NCBI RefSeq assembly: GCF_964204645.1
Contig: NC_134030.1
Location: 2,956,778-3,020,777, forward strand
Direction: 5' to 3'
DNA length: 64,000 nt
Origin: Tubulanus polymorphus
Taxonomy: Eukaryota > Animalia > Nemertea
Shown: piece by piece, positions 63,926 to 64,000 of the stretch
How the letters are laid out: the number at the start of each line of letters is the position of its first letter
How positions within the stretch are numbered: the stretch's first letter is position 1
Made by a program: the position numbers and the translations under genes
The notes under the pieces: model-generated
What the model was told of the DNA's origin: nothing
The model's database searches: none
The model's input: the letters and a program-made list of their open reading frames with translations, nothing else

Positions 63926-64000
63926 CGTTGTCGGGTTGTTATTCACAACAGGGTTTTATGTTGGTTGTTTTGTGGTGTTTTGGTGATCGTTCATAGAGAT

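Overview
Eukaryotic (metazoan) genomic DNA, AT-rich, with short GT-AG introns. The gene content points to a lophotrochozoan invertebrate; the taxon cannot be fixed from sequence alone. I built the spliced models by hand and checked exon phases. In order: a multi-pass membrane protein (ITPAGWTFxIW family), a 3-exon Toll-like receptor, a Shaw/Kv3-type K+ channel with a degenerate S6 gate, a 14-exon secreted CAP-EGF-ShKT-ShKT protein, a repeat-rich gene-poor stretch (about 18-27 kb), RABAC1/PRA1, HMGCL, a SCPEP1-like carboxypeptidase lacking its catalytic Ser with two cationic PAN/apple-type peptide genes apparently nested antisense in its 5' introns, an MS4A-like 4-TM protein, a GT31 beta-1,3-galactosyltransferase, FN3 pseudo-exons, an achatin-type neuropeptide precursor (12 x GFGE) and the 3' half of an ABCG1/4-type transporter. 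Intergenic and intronic DNA holds many MITEs, LINE 3' ends, minisatellites and several Penelope-type minimal hammerhead ribozyme remnants. Best leads: the probable 'silent' Kv3 subunit, the nested PAN-peptide/pseudo-carboxypeptidase locus, the GFGE precursor with an extra Cys-loop amidated peptide, the CAP-ShKT toxin-like mosaic, and the hammerhead remnants. No prokaryote-type system (CRISPR, operon) is present.
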